Below, piece by piece: positions 1-10,596 of a DNA stretch of 64,000 bases (position 1 is the first letter of the stretch; each line of letters opens with the position of its first letter). Made by a program: the position numbers and the translations under genes. This DNA is from Akkermansiaceae bacterium (lineage in GTDB: Bacteria > Verrucomicrobiota > Verrucomicrobiia > Verrucomicrobiales > Akkermansiaceae), in NCBI GenBank assembly GCA_903888515.1, contig CAISTY010000271.1, positions 1,906 to 65,905 of the forward strand, read 5' to 3'. Under the pieces are notes generated by a model. The model made no database searches. It saw nothing but the letters and a program-made list of their open reading frames with translations, and was not told the origin of the DNA.

Positions 1-594
1 TTGGTCAAGGTGGGTGATTTGGATGGTGCGCAGGCGATGTTCAGAAAACTCAGCGAGCGCTTCCCTGATTCCATAGTGGTGGATGCCGCTCCAGTAGGAC
101 TTGGTGATGTCGCGCTGGCCCGCCACAATCCCGAGGAGGCCCTCGGAATCTTCAATGGATTTCTGGAAAAAAAACCAGGCGATTTTCGCTTGAAGCAGGC
201 CATGCTGGGCAAACTCCAGGCACTTGTGGAACTCAATCAATTGGAGTCCGCCATCAAACTCGCCCTCGGGATAGTTGAAGACAAGGCGTTCCGCGGCGAA
301 ACCGCCGGCAAGGCCTATCTGCTTCTCGCCCGGGCGTATCGCCAACAAGCCGCGGCGCAAGCGGGAGACAAAGTCCGCGAATTGTTGCAGAAAGCGCACT
401 TCATCTATCAGCGCGTGTATACCGCCTATGTGAGCACCCCCGAGATCTGTGCGGAAGCGTATTGGCAGGCCTACGAGACCGCCCTCAAACTCGGGGACGA
501 GGCACTTGCGGAACAGAACCTCCATGCCCTCAAGGAACATCCCAAACTCCACAACACCCCACACCACAAAAAGGCGATGGAAATGCCCGAATGA
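1..594 (+). CDS. Tetratricopeptide-repeat protein, 5' end outside the window
   Basis: Ala/Leu-rich helical repeats (AQAMFRKL, GLGDVALARHNPEEALGIF, EAYWQAYETALKLG); ORF open from base 1. Confidence 0.7.
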   Translation: MVKVGDLDGAQAMFRKLSERFPDSIVVDAAPVGLGDVALARHNPEEALGIFNGFLEKKPGDFRLKQAMLGKLQALVELNQLESAIKLALGIVEDKAFRGETAGKAYLLLARAYRQQAAAQAGDKVRELLQKAHFIYQRVYTAYVSTPEICAEAYWQAYETALKLGDEALAEQNLHALKEHPKLHNTPHHKKAMEMPE

Positions 595-625
595 TCCTAT
601 GTTTTCCGTTATTGAGGAAAGGAAA

Positions 626-993
626 GTGCGACTCCATGGAGTGCCTGCAAACGTCATGATTGAAGCGTACACAGGGAATTCCATAGGCCACAGGGAGGGT
701 CGCTACCGCTTGAAGGTTGATATAGCCCCGTAAGTGTTGAGCTAGTCAGAGACGCTAACACCGGTCACACGGCGAAGGGGCGGGCGGGAAGGCAACGCAA
801 GCACAGGTATCACCACGGGACACGATTACTCCCGAACACGGTGTCAAGCTCCCTGCTTGCAATGGGAAGCGGTTCTGGCACCCTGTGTCAGCGCTGGTTC
901 CGTGTGTGCGCTTTCCTGAGGAGCCCGGTGCGGTAATTCCGCACGCCGGGATCTGCGAGGGGAGCACCGGGAAACCGGGGTCCCTACCTCAAT
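626..993 (+). mobile_element. ORF-less group II intron (368 nt)
   Basis: Starts GTGCG at 626. Domain V GAGCCCGG-TGCGG-TAATT-CCGCA-CG-CCGGGATC at 921-953 has the AGC triad and a 2-nt bulge. Domain VI has a GAAA tetraloop and bulged A at 986, ending CCTACCTCAAT at 993. No RT ORF inside. Confidence 0.85.
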
Positions 994-1291
994 GGCCAAA
1001 AATGAACGACACACTTCGCCAAGCGGCGTGCTGGTGGATTTGCTGCCAGTCCCGCACCAACCATCAGAAACCATAACTTATTCATAATTACTGCCAGGGT
1101 AGTTCCTCCATGGAACACCCTGATGGGCTCATATGGGCTTTTCCTTTCACGAAATCAAGCCGGAAGACAAATCATCTTTGGCGCTGGCAGCCTTGATTTG
1201 ACAGCATCGGATTTTCATAACCGGGGTTTTGAGGGATGTGGCGGCTTTGGCTGAAACAACAACCAAAAAAAACTGTAATGGAAAGGAAACC

Positions 1292-3055
1292 ATGAAAACG
1301 ACTACACACACGCCGCTGGTGCTGCTGCTGTTGGTGGGCACCGGGATTGCCGGATCGTATGATTTCTTCGACCTCTCCCGGTATCCGGAGGGTGGCAAAC
1401 TCAAGGAGGGGGTCGAACTCTACAAGGTGCGGGAGCCGGGTGGCGCGCCGCAGGAATACGCCCGCCGCGTGGTGCGGTGGTGGCCGCGCAAGGGCGTGGA
1501 TGTCGTTGACGTCAAGGACGGCATGATCGAGCGCGAGTGGACTTTGGCGGCGGACATGCTGGATGCCGTGAACTCCCCGGATCCGAAGTTCGAGTGGCAG
1601 ACCTTCGAGCACGACAAGCTCGACATGCCGCTCGATGTCGGAGAAAACTATATTCGCCAGATCCAGGGATATCTGATTCCGCCCAAAGACGATGACTATA
1701 CTTTCAAGATAGCCGCCGACAACATGGGGATCTTCTTTCTCAGCACCGACGAGTCCCCCCTGAATATCAAGCCGGCCTGTTACTCGTATCTCTACACCCA
1801 TCGCAACAATTTTGACCGCTTTCCGGGGCAGATCTCGAAACCGATTCCGCTCAAGAAGGGCCACAAGTATTACTATGAGCTTCTCCACAAAGAGGACAAC
1901 GCCGTGGACAATGCCATGGTGGTGTGGGAGACGCCGACGATGGAGCAGGAGGTGATCGGCGCTGCGGCCCTCATGACGCTGGACGGCAAGCCCGGCAAAG
2001 TGATAGAGAAGCGGGCTTCCCTGGATTCAGGATTGCTAGGCGCCACGGGGATTCGCGCCCGCGACCAGGTCCGTCGCTTCAAGGCGCATCTCATCGGCTT
2101 TGACGGCATCGGCAATGACCTCGGCGATCCAGGCAAGGAAGCGGAACTCCGCGAACCGGGTGTCATCCTGCGCCTGTCCGACGGTCGCCGCCAGACCTTC
2201 GCGGGTGGCAGTTTCTGTCGCGAAGACCGGGAATACATCTATCGGCTCTACCAGCAGGAAATGGCGCGGATCAAGGGCACGCTCGACAAGACCGTCTATA
2301 CCATCAAGGGCGTCAAAGGCAGTGTCCCCGTCGACACGCCCGCCGGGCAGCCCGGATCATGGCTCAAACACTCCGAGCACCTGGTCATTCCTTCGGGCAG
2401 CCAGGGCAATTCGGAATGGATCAATGTGGAGGATCCTGCGGCCGGCGAGCGCTATCGCGCGCTGATCTTCAGCAGTTACGAGAACATGTATGCCTTCTAT
2501 GAATACGGCGGGCATCTGATGCCTTACTGGGATCGCAAAGAGAAGCTCAAGTACTCAGGGATAGTCGGCGGCACGATTGTGAATGGCTACGAGGTTACGA
2601 AAGGCGGTGCCGGCGGCGGCTACGGCGCCCAGGGGCTGGCACCGGGGATCATGCCCGGCGGCGGGTTTGCCCACGAATACGGCCACGGCTTTACGATCCA
2701 GTGGAACGGGCAGTTCAGCGGCGAGACGATTTGCCAGCACATGATGTGCTTGATGCAGGGCGGGCGCGCCACCGGCTTTAGCAACTCCATCTTGCGCCCA
2801 TGGCGTAACAACCTGCATGGCTCCTACGACACCACGCTGTTCTTCAGCGCGCTGGGCTACGCCCAAAGAGCCACCGGCGGCGCGATGCTGCGCGACAACC
2901 TGGACGAAGTCGCTAAGATGGAGGATGCCTATGCGCCGGAAAACTGGAAGACCCGCATCGACCAGTGGGACTGGCGCACGCAGTGGGAAGTTGACGGCAC
3001 GATCAAAGATTTGCCCCTGACGCAGAAGTGGCTGCGCCGCGTCCGCGGCGAGTAG
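1292..3055 (+). CDS. Secreted HEXXH metallopeptidase-like protein, cassette copy P1 (588 aa; central ~1,000 aa missing relative to P3)
   Basis: RBS GAAAGGA before ATG 1292; signal peptide; PA14-like segment (GYLIPPKDDDYTFKIAAD); HEYGH at 2672-2686; same C-terminal YAPENWKTRIDQWDW motif as P3. Confidence 0.75.
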   Translation: MKTTTHTPLVLLLLVGTGIAGSYDFFDLSRYPEGGKLKEGVELYKVREPGGAPQEYARRVVRWWPRKGVDVVDVKDGMIEREWTLAADMLDAVNSPDPKFEWQTFEHDKLDMPLDVGENYIRQIQGYLIPPKDDDYTFKIAADNMGIFFLSTDESPLNIKPACYSYLYTHRNNFDRFPGQISKPIPLKKGHKYYYELLHKEDNAVDNAMVVWETPTMEQEVIGAAALMTLDGKPGKVIEKRASLDSGLLGATGIRARDQVRRFKAHLIGFDGIGNDLGDPGKEAELREPGVILRLSDGRRQTFAGGSFCREDREYIYRLYQQEMARIKGTLDKTVYTIKGVKGSVPVDTPAGQPGSWLKHSEHLVIPSGSQGNSEWINVEDPAAGERYRALIFSSYENMYAFYEYGGHLMPYWDRKEKLKYSGIVGGTIVNGYEVTKGGAGGGYGAQGLAPGIMPGGGFAHEYGHGFTIQWNGQFSGETICQHMMCLMQGGRATGFSNSILRPWRNNLHGSYDTTLFFSALGYAQRATGGAMLRDNLDEVAKMEDAYAPENWKTRIDQWDWRTQWEVDGTIKDLPLTQKWLRRVRGE

Positions 3056-3069
3056 GCAGGCCGGGGAGA

Positions 3070-3160
3070 TTGTCAGTTATCAGTTATTAGTTATCAGTTA
3101 TTAGTTATCAGTTATCAGTTATCAGTTGTCAGTTATCAGTTACCAGTTATCAGTTATAAG
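3070..3160. repeat. Tandem heptamer array, 13 units of TTATCAG consensus
   Basis: Directly visible; variants TTGTCAG, TTATTAG, TTACCAG, TTATAAG; lies between P1 and F1. Confidence 0.95.
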
Positions 3161-3180
3161 AAAAAGACAGGAACAATCAT

Positions 3181-4143
3181 ATGAAGACACACACGACCAG
3201 GTTCGCGACACTCACGTTTTTGATGGTGACCGCCGCCGCATTTGCGGCGGACGACGAGGCCGCGATGAAGAAGTTCACGGCACCGGACTGGACGGTGCCC
3301 GGCGTGGGGATGGAGATGAAGCTGATTCCCGCGGGGACCTTCACCATGGGCAGCCCGCAGGACGAGATCTGCCGCCGCGACGATGAGGTCCAGCACGAGG
3401 TCACGATTTCAAAGCCGTTCTACATGGCCGCCTTCGAGTGCCGTCAGCGCGAGTTCTACAAGCTGATGATGCCCAAGGACTATGACTACGAACTCTGGAC
3501 CTGCTTCCGCGGGCCGCTGCACGACGGCGCGGCCTATACCTACCGCTTTCCGTCGGTGAAGTCCGGTGCGCCGAACCCCGTCGGCTGGACCTATCCGATG
3601 GATACGCTGAGTTGGGAGCGGGCCGTGGAGTTCTGCGCGAAGCTGACCGCAGTTGAGAAGCAGGCCGGGCGACTGCCCGAGGGTTATGTCTATCGTCTGC
3701 CGACCGAGGCGGAGTGGGAGTATGCCTGCCGCGCCGGCACCAAGGGGCCATACAGTTTTGATGAAGACTATAGCAAGAGTGCGGTGATGCAGAAATACAC
3801 CTATTTCGGCGATGGCGGTTACTACACTTTCGGGGTGGGTGATACGGTGAGCAAACGCAAGCCCAATGCCTGGGGACTGCACGACATGTACGGCAACGTC
3901 TGGGAGTGGTGCTTGGATTGGCATGGTCCTTATGAGGCAGGGAAGCAGACGGACCCAAAGGGTACGCCGGAGGGCAAGGAAAAGATCGTGCGCGGCGGCA
4001 GTTGCGCGCCGTGGCCCCTCGTTGATGAGGCTCATCCGTATCTGCGTTGCGCCGCCCGCTACAGTTTCAGGCCCGGCACCGACTACCTGATTGTGCTGGG
4101 TTTCCGCGCGGTCCTCGCGCCGGAGGTGCAGGTGGGAAAGTGA
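3181..4143 (+). CDS. Secreted FGE-sulfatase/SUMF1-fold protein, copy F1
   Basis: Signal peptide; IPAGTFTMGS, YRLPTEAEWEYACRAG, PNAWGLHDMYGNVWEW, RGGS and GFR motifs. Confidence 0.9.
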   Translation: MKTHTTRFATLTFLMVTAAAFAADDEAAMKKFTAPDWTVPGVGMEMKLIPAGTFTMGSPQDEICRRDDEVQHEVTISKPFYMAAFECRQREFYKLMMPKDYDYELWTCFRGPLHDGAAYTYRFPSVKSGAPNPVGWTYPMDTLSWERAVEFCAKLTAVEKQAGRLPEGYVYRLPTEAEWEYACRAGTKGPYSFDEDYSKSAVMQKYTYFGDGGYYTFGVGDTVSKRKPNAWGLHDMYGNVWEWCLDWHGPYEAGKQTDPKGTPEGKEKIVRGGSCAPWPLVDEAHPYLRCAARYSFRPGTDYLIVLGFRAVLAPEVQVGK

Positions 4144-4184
4144 TCGGTAATCAGTGAAATGTTAACAATCAAAGGAGAACAAAC

Positions 4185-5096
4185 ATGAGAAGATTAGTTG
4201 CGGTGATGTTGGTGATGGTGGTCTATGACGAGAAGGAGGGAAAGAATGCGGCCTTCTATACCTCGACCAACCTGAAGGACTGGACCGAGCAGAGCCATCT
4301 GCCGGGGTATTTCGAATGCACCGATCTTATCAAGCTCCCGGTGGATGGCGACGCGAACAACCCGCGCTGGGTCGTTTACGCGGCCGATGCCCGGTATGCG
4401 GTGGGCCAATTCGACGGAACAAAGTTCACTCCCGAGCACGAGAGCAAGTACCAGGTCCATTTCGGGGCCTACTATGCGGCGCAGACTTTCGACAACTCGT
4501 CCGACGGCCGCAGGATCCAGATCGGCTGGGTCCAAGTTAGGGCGCCGGGGCCGTACAACCAGCACTTCAGCTTCCCGCATTGCCTGACGCTGCACAAGAC
4601 CGGGGACGGTATCCGCATGTTTGCCGCGCCCATCAAAGAGATTGAAACACTGCGCTCCAAGACCAACAAGGCGGAGCCACAGAAGCTGGTCGCGGGCAAG
4701 CCGGTTGATCTGCCGGTCGGCAGCGATCTGCTCGACATCCGCCTTACGGTGGAGGTGGGAAACGCCGGCAACATCGAGCTGAACATTCCGGGCGAAACCA
4801 TCAAGTACGATGTGCAAGGCCGGATGCTTGATGTCCCCATGCAGATGAGCGAGGTCGGCAGAAGGGTCAAGGGGTATCAAGGCGCGCCGCTAACGCCCGT
4901 CGACGGCATAATCAAGCTTCAGGTTCTGGTCGACCGGTCACTGGTGGAGGTCGCCGGCAACGACGGACGCGTCTACATCACCAGCACCGGACCCGGCAGG
5001 AAAATGGATGTTGCTAAGATCTCGGTAACGGCGACCGGCGGTGACGCGAAGCTCGTCGAGTTCGAAGCCCACGAGCTGAATTCGATCTGGAAGTAG
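4185..5096 (+). pseudogene. GH32 (levanase/fructosidase-like) with N-terminal catalytic half deleted
   Basis: Signal-like MRRLVAVML joined to VMVVYDE; has the FEC motif, YAAQTF and the C-terminal LVDRSLVEV sandwich, but no WMNDPNG or RDP motif. Confidence 0.75.
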
Positions 5097-5184
5097 CGGC
5101 GATGCGCAGAAGAAAATGATCAGTCACGGCCCACGAAAACACGCTGGAACAATTTACTGATAACTAACATTAGAGGAACCTGAC

Positions 5185-6159
5185 ATGAAGACCTATGGAT
5201 TGACGTTGATGGCAGCAATGCTGGCGGCGGCGACGACGACCGCAATTGCCGCGGACGACGCGGCAGCGATGAAGAAGCTCAAGGCCAAAGACTGGACGGT
5301 GCCCAGCGTGGGGATGGAGATGAAGCTCATTCCTGCGGGGGCCTTCACCATGGGCAGCCCGAAGGACGAGATCTGCCGGCGGGACGACGAGGTCCAGCAC
5401 ACGGTCACGATTTCCAAGCCGTTTTACATGGCCGCCTTCGAGTGCCGTCAGCGCGAGTTCTACAAGCTGATGATGCCCAAGGACTATGACTATGAGAAAT
5501 GGACCTCGTTTCGCGGCCCTATCCACGAAGGCACGGCTTACACCTACCGCTTCCCCTTGGTGAAAGGCGCGGGTTCCAGTCCGGTCGGATTCACCTATCC
5601 GATGGATATGCTCAACTGGAACCAGGCCGTGGAGTTCTGCGGGAAGCTCACGGGTGAGGAGAAGAAGGCCGGCCGCCTGCCGGACGGCTATGTTTACCGT
5701 CTGCCGACCGAAGCGGAGTGGGAGTACGCCTGCCGCGCGGGTACCAAGGGCCCCTACAGTTTTGATGACTATAACAATCCTGCGGTCGTGATGAGGCACA
5801 TGTATGCCGGAACCGGCGGCGACTATACCTTTGGCGTGCGGGATACCGTGAGCAAACGCAAGCCCAATGCCTGGGGACTTTACGACATGTATGGCAATGT
5901 CTGGGAATGGTGCCTGGACTGGTATGGTCCTTATGAAAACAGAGATCAGTCTGAGCCGGCCGGTCCGGCGGCGGGGGAAAAGAAGGTTGTGCGCGGAGGA
6001 TCATGCATGCCCTGGTTCAGCGATACCGAAAAATTCCTCAACGAGTCAGTGCATCCCTTCTGCCGCTCCGCCGCCCGTTACAGCTTCAAGCCGACGATAA
6101 ACTGCCTTATCACCACCGGGTTCCGCGTCGTCCTCGCGCCGGAGATGGGGGGGAAGTAA
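5185..6159 (+). CDS. Secreted FGE/SUMF1-fold protein, copy F2
   Basis: Same motifs as F1; 68 nt identical to F1 (3421-3488 vs 5425-5492). Confidence 0.9.
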   Translation: MKTYGLTLMAAMLAAATTTAIAADDAAAMKKLKAKDWTVPSVGMEMKLIPAGAFTMGSPKDEICRRDDEVQHTVTISKPFYMAAFECRQREFYKLMMPKDYDYEKWTSFRGPIHEGTAYTYRFPLVKGAGSSPVGFTYPMDMLNWNQAVEFCGKLTGEEKKAGRLPDGYVYRLPTEAEWEYACRAGTKGPYSFDDYNNPAVVMRHMYAGTGGDYTFGVRDTVSKRKPNAWGLYDMYGNVWEWCLDWYGPYENRDQSEPAGPAAGEKKVVRGGSCMPWFSDTEKFLNESVHPFCRSAARYSFKPTINCLITTGFRVVLAPEMGGK

Positions 6160-6200
6160 TCAGCGACCGTTAATCAGTTACCAGCAAGGAGAGCAAAATC

Positions 6201-9200
6201 ATGAACGAGAAAACCACATGGCGAGTGGCGGCAGTGATGGGCCTGATGTTAGGGGCGGCCCTTGCCGAACCTTACGATTTCTACGACTTGTCCCGCTATC
6301 CGGAGGGCGGCAAACTCAAACCGGAGGTGGAGCTCTATCAAGTGAAGGAGCCGGGCGGCGCGCCACAGGAATACCAGCGGCGCGAGGTGCGGTGGTGGCC
6401 GCGCAAGGGCGTGGACATCATCGAGGTCGCGGAGGGCATGCCGTTGCGCACCTGGACCTGGCGCGCCGGCCTCATGGATCCCGCGCTTGCCAAGGAGCTT
6501 GCCAAGCCGGTCATCGAGAGCTGGAAATCTTTTGCCAGTCCCCGCAACAATGTTGCCGACGGGTTTGTCCGCAACATTTATGGATGAAGCCGTGCAAACC
6601 GATCTGAAGGGCGACGACCACCTCGAAGTTGGCTGGCAAGGGCCGGGCGTGACCTTCGGTGTTATTGACGGTGAATATCTATCGGATCAGGAGGGCAAGC
6701 GTGGCGGCGTCACACAGATGTTCACGCTGTCGCCGTCAGGCTTCGGGCGGCAGCAGCCGTTTGACGCTCCGAAGCAGTTTCAGGCGCATCTGGTGGGCTT
6801 CCGCGGCATCGGCAATACCATGAGCAGCAAGTATCAGGGACGCGACGGCGGACCCATAGAACCGGCCGTGGTGCTGCGCCTGGCCGACGGCCGCAAGCGG
6901 CTGTTCGCGCGTGACAGCTTCGCGGCCGCAGACAAAGCCTATATCATGGATATATATGTCAAGGAAATGGCGCGAATCATGGCCGGTCTTGACAAGACTC
7001 CCTATCAGTCTGGCGGCGACGGCCATTTTCCTAACAACGCCAAGCCCGGCGAGCCCGGCACCATGCGGGTCGAGAGCGATCACTTCGTCTTCGTTTCCGG
7101 CAGCCAGGGCAACGGTAAATGGATCAATGAAGCCGAACCCGAGAATGCGCAGTGGTATCGTGAAGGATCCCTCAGGTGCGCCGAGTATTTCCGGGCGATG
7201 GAGGAATATGCGGGGTTATGCATGCCCACTTGGGAAAGCCCTGCCCCCGTCAAGTATGCTGTTACCGTGGCCGGGACGGTGCGTGACGGCCATGAACTGA
7301 TCCCCGGATATGCCGGCGGGGGAAGAAACCAGTGCATCCTCAAGGACGCCGGCGGCGGGCCGTGGAGCGAGGGGCTGTTTCACGAATGGGGGCATGGCGC
7401 GCCGGGACCGGGCGGCGGCATGGGCGGTGGTGAAGCTGCGGCGGATACGCACGGTTCCATCGCCGATCCCGCGATGCTCAAGGGTAACCACCATATCACC
7501 CGCCCCTGGCGCAACCTGTGGAATGGTATCAATGGCTATGGTTTCACGGACTTCTACTTGCTGGTGGGTGACGACCCTAACTGGGGCTACGCCTGGTCAG
7601 TCTGTCTGCCCGGGGCCGAATCCGAGTTCAGCATGCTGCATACCCTCGCGCGCACGGGCCAGCAGCGCGGCATATACCCACAGGGCGTCCGGGGCGTGGG
7701 CGATCTGGTGGGCGACTACGGTGCCCGCCTGACCACGTTTGACTGTGAGATGGAAGATCTGTTCCGCAGGGAGCGGTTTGCGCCGGCACGCAACTGGCTG
7801 GAGCCGGTTGATCGCGCCGGGCGGATTTATCGCATCCCCTATGAGGAGGCGGCCGAGCCATTCGGCATCAACATGTGTCGGCTGGTCGCTGATCCGGGAG
7901 CCGACCGTGTAGTGGTCGATTTTCTGGGGCGGCACGATCCGGAAAGCTATAGTGACTGGCGTGCCTGCATCATCGCCGTGGCTGCGGACGGCACGCGGCG
8001 CTATTCCCCACTTTGGAACAAAGGCGAGATGACCCTCAAGATCGAACCGGGTGATCGTTGTCACTGGTTGAGCGTGGCCGCGACGCCGACCGCCTTGTTT
8101 ACATCCGGAAAGTGGACGCCAGCGCAGTTGAGTGGGAAGCAAGGGCAATTATACAGCGGCCGCCATGCCTTCCGCTATCCCTGGCAGGTGCGGCTGCAGG
8201 GCGCGCAACCCGGCACCCCCAGGAATCGGCGGGCGGATCTTGATGATGCGGATGGCATCTATACGATGAGCGACGGCGTGCCCGCGCCGCATGATACACC
8301 CGCAGGCAAGCGTTTCCTGACGCGGCTCAAATCCTTTGAACAAAACCTGACGACTATCGCGGCCAATGCCGGTGACACCAAACTGATTCTGGATTCCGTC
8401 TCCTATGCCAAGGCCAGGCTGAACGCCGAACTGGCCCGCATGACGGACGGCGCGCGGCACCCCAACGGCGGCGGCTGGGTGCAGTCCACGGCCCATGTCG
8501 CGCCCACCGCCTGGGTGGGGCCGGATGCCATGGTGCTGGACCAGGCGCAGGTGCTTGATCATGCCATTATCGAGGATTATGCGATCGTGGCCGACCGCGC
8601 GGTGGTGGCTGACCACGCCCGCGTCAGCGGTCAGGGCATTGTCAAGAAGCAGGCGGAAGTGCGCGGTTATGCACGCACCTGGACGGTTGCGGAGAAGACC
8701 GGCGAGGCCCCGGTGGTTCCCGTGCGGCCGGGCGCGACGAAGTTGCACAAGTTCGGCCTGTGGGCCAATTATGCCATGGACCGCGCGGACCACACCACGC
8801 TGGAAGACTGGTATCGCTACACGTTTGACGCGGACAAATCCTACGGCATGAATCTCGTGCCGGTCCTCAACGGTTATCTGCACGGCGGTCCCGCCTTCGT
8901 GGTCGATGGCGACCGCCGCGGTTTCAGCTTTGACGGCAAGACCCAGTGGGCCGAACTCTGCCCCCGCGTGGCGGACCTCGGCGAGATGACGATAGATTTG
9001 GCGCTGAAGTGCGCGAGCAACGACGGGCAGGTGATCTTCGACCTTGGCAGCTCCGCGGAGAACTGTCTGGTGCTCAAGACCGATGCCAGCGGAACCCCGC
9101 AGCTCATCGCGACCGTTGCCGGCAAGCGTGTCGTCGAGTTGGCCGGCAAGAAAGCTCTAACCACCAACCAGTGGGCCCGCCTGCGGGTTGAAAGCGATGG

Positions 9201-10596
9201 CCGGCGGACGTCGCTGTGGCTGGATGGGGAGATGGTGGCGGAGACCGCCAGCGACTTCCGTCCGTGCCAGGTCTTCCCGGCCGGGTTGGTCAAACGCAAT
9301 TTCCTGGGCGTGTCGCGGGCCATGACCGCGCACTTCAAGGGCGTCATCGACGATCTGGTGGTCTATCACGCCGTGCATGGTGATTTCAGCAAGTTGCCGC
9401 CCCCGGTGCGCGACTGTTCCGTGCGACCGACCGACGAGTTCGTTGCGGCGGTGAAGAAGCAACAGGGCTCGGTCAAGGCCGTCGAGAAAGAGATCGCGGT
9501 CAAATTAGCCGAGCAAATCAAGCCCTACAACGCGCTGGAGACGCAGTGGAATGCGCGACGAGATGAACTGTTCAAGCGCGACGCGGGGTATGAGAAGGCG
9601 AACGCCGCTCTCGCCGCCGCAGAGATGGCGTCCAAAACCCGCGAGCAGGAGCTGGTTAAACAGTTCGATCAAAACCCGGACGTGGTCGCGAAAAAGGCCG
9701 GGATCGCTCGCCTGCGGCGGGTCGCAAACGACCTGAAGGACAAGGTGAAGGCGTTGGAGAACGCGGCCTTCGCCGCAGACAGCGTGCTCGCCGGGTTGGA
9801 GGTCCGGCGCAAGGAATTTCAGGAGAAAGTTCGGATCATCGCGAAGGAGTTGGCGGCGGCATTCGAACAGCAGCCCGAGGTGGTTCTGCGGCGGACAGAG
9901 ATTTCCGAGTGGCGCAAGCAAGCGGACAAGCTCCAGGCCGAGGCCGGCAAAACACCGGAAACAAAGCGCCGCCACGACGAGTTGATGGCCCGCATCCGCG
10001 ATGCGGACGAGGCGTTGCGCGTGCAGTTTGATGATCTGTGCGATAAGAACCGTGAAAACACCGCCGCAATCAGGAGCATGAACGAGACCGCCGCCGCCAT
10101 CCTCCCCCGCCAGCAGGTGGTGCGCCGCCGCCTCAGCAGGGAGTCGCCTGTGGTGCGCGAGGCCGAAAAGGCCGAGCAGGACTGCCGCCCGCTGGAAGAG
10201 GCCATGGAAGCCGATAAACAGCGCTTCATGACGGCGCAAATGGCGGATTCGAAAAAGCGGATCAATGATGCCAAAGGGGAGTTCAAACAGGCAACCGCCA
10301 AGGCCGAGCGGACCTACCTCATGGAGATGGAGTGGGGTCGGCACTTCCATGAATTGGGGTTTCACGGATACTACAACACCCATTACGAGGCATATCTCAT
10401 GCAGTATGTGAAAGATCGCATGGGTGGGGGCGAGATGCGCGAGGATGTGGCCTTCCTCGACAGCCTGCTCAAGGATCTAACCAGGGAAGATGCCTGGCGC
10501 ACCAGCGTTGACTGGGTCAAGCCGGGTGACGCGGAAGATCCCGACGAGCCGCCGCTGATTCGCAAGTGGAAGACAAGAATGGGAATCAAACAATGA
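6201..10596 (+). pseudogene. HEXXH metallopeptidase-like copy P2, split by a frameshifting deletion in PA14 (6201-6587 and ~6580-10596)
   Basis: First ORF carries the signal peptide and YDLSRYPEGG...RWWPRKG. The second frame has HEWGH (7381-7395), the HPNGGGWV beta-helix, LamG and coiled coil. About 70 codons present in P1/P3 are missing at ~6583. Confidence 0.75.

Noticed and set aside
594-1076. Intron interrupting a protein-coding gene
   Set aside because: Joining the exons gives only an RBS-like purine run and a 24-codon ORF; the insertion looks intergenic.
3070-3160. CRISPR array
   Set aside because: Contiguous 7-mers without unique spacers; no cas genes or repeat-spacer arrays noticed anywhere in the window.
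6570-6600. Programmed frameshift joining the two P2 ORFs
   Set aside because: No slippery run, and about 70 codons present in P1/P3 are missing, so a deletion explains it better.
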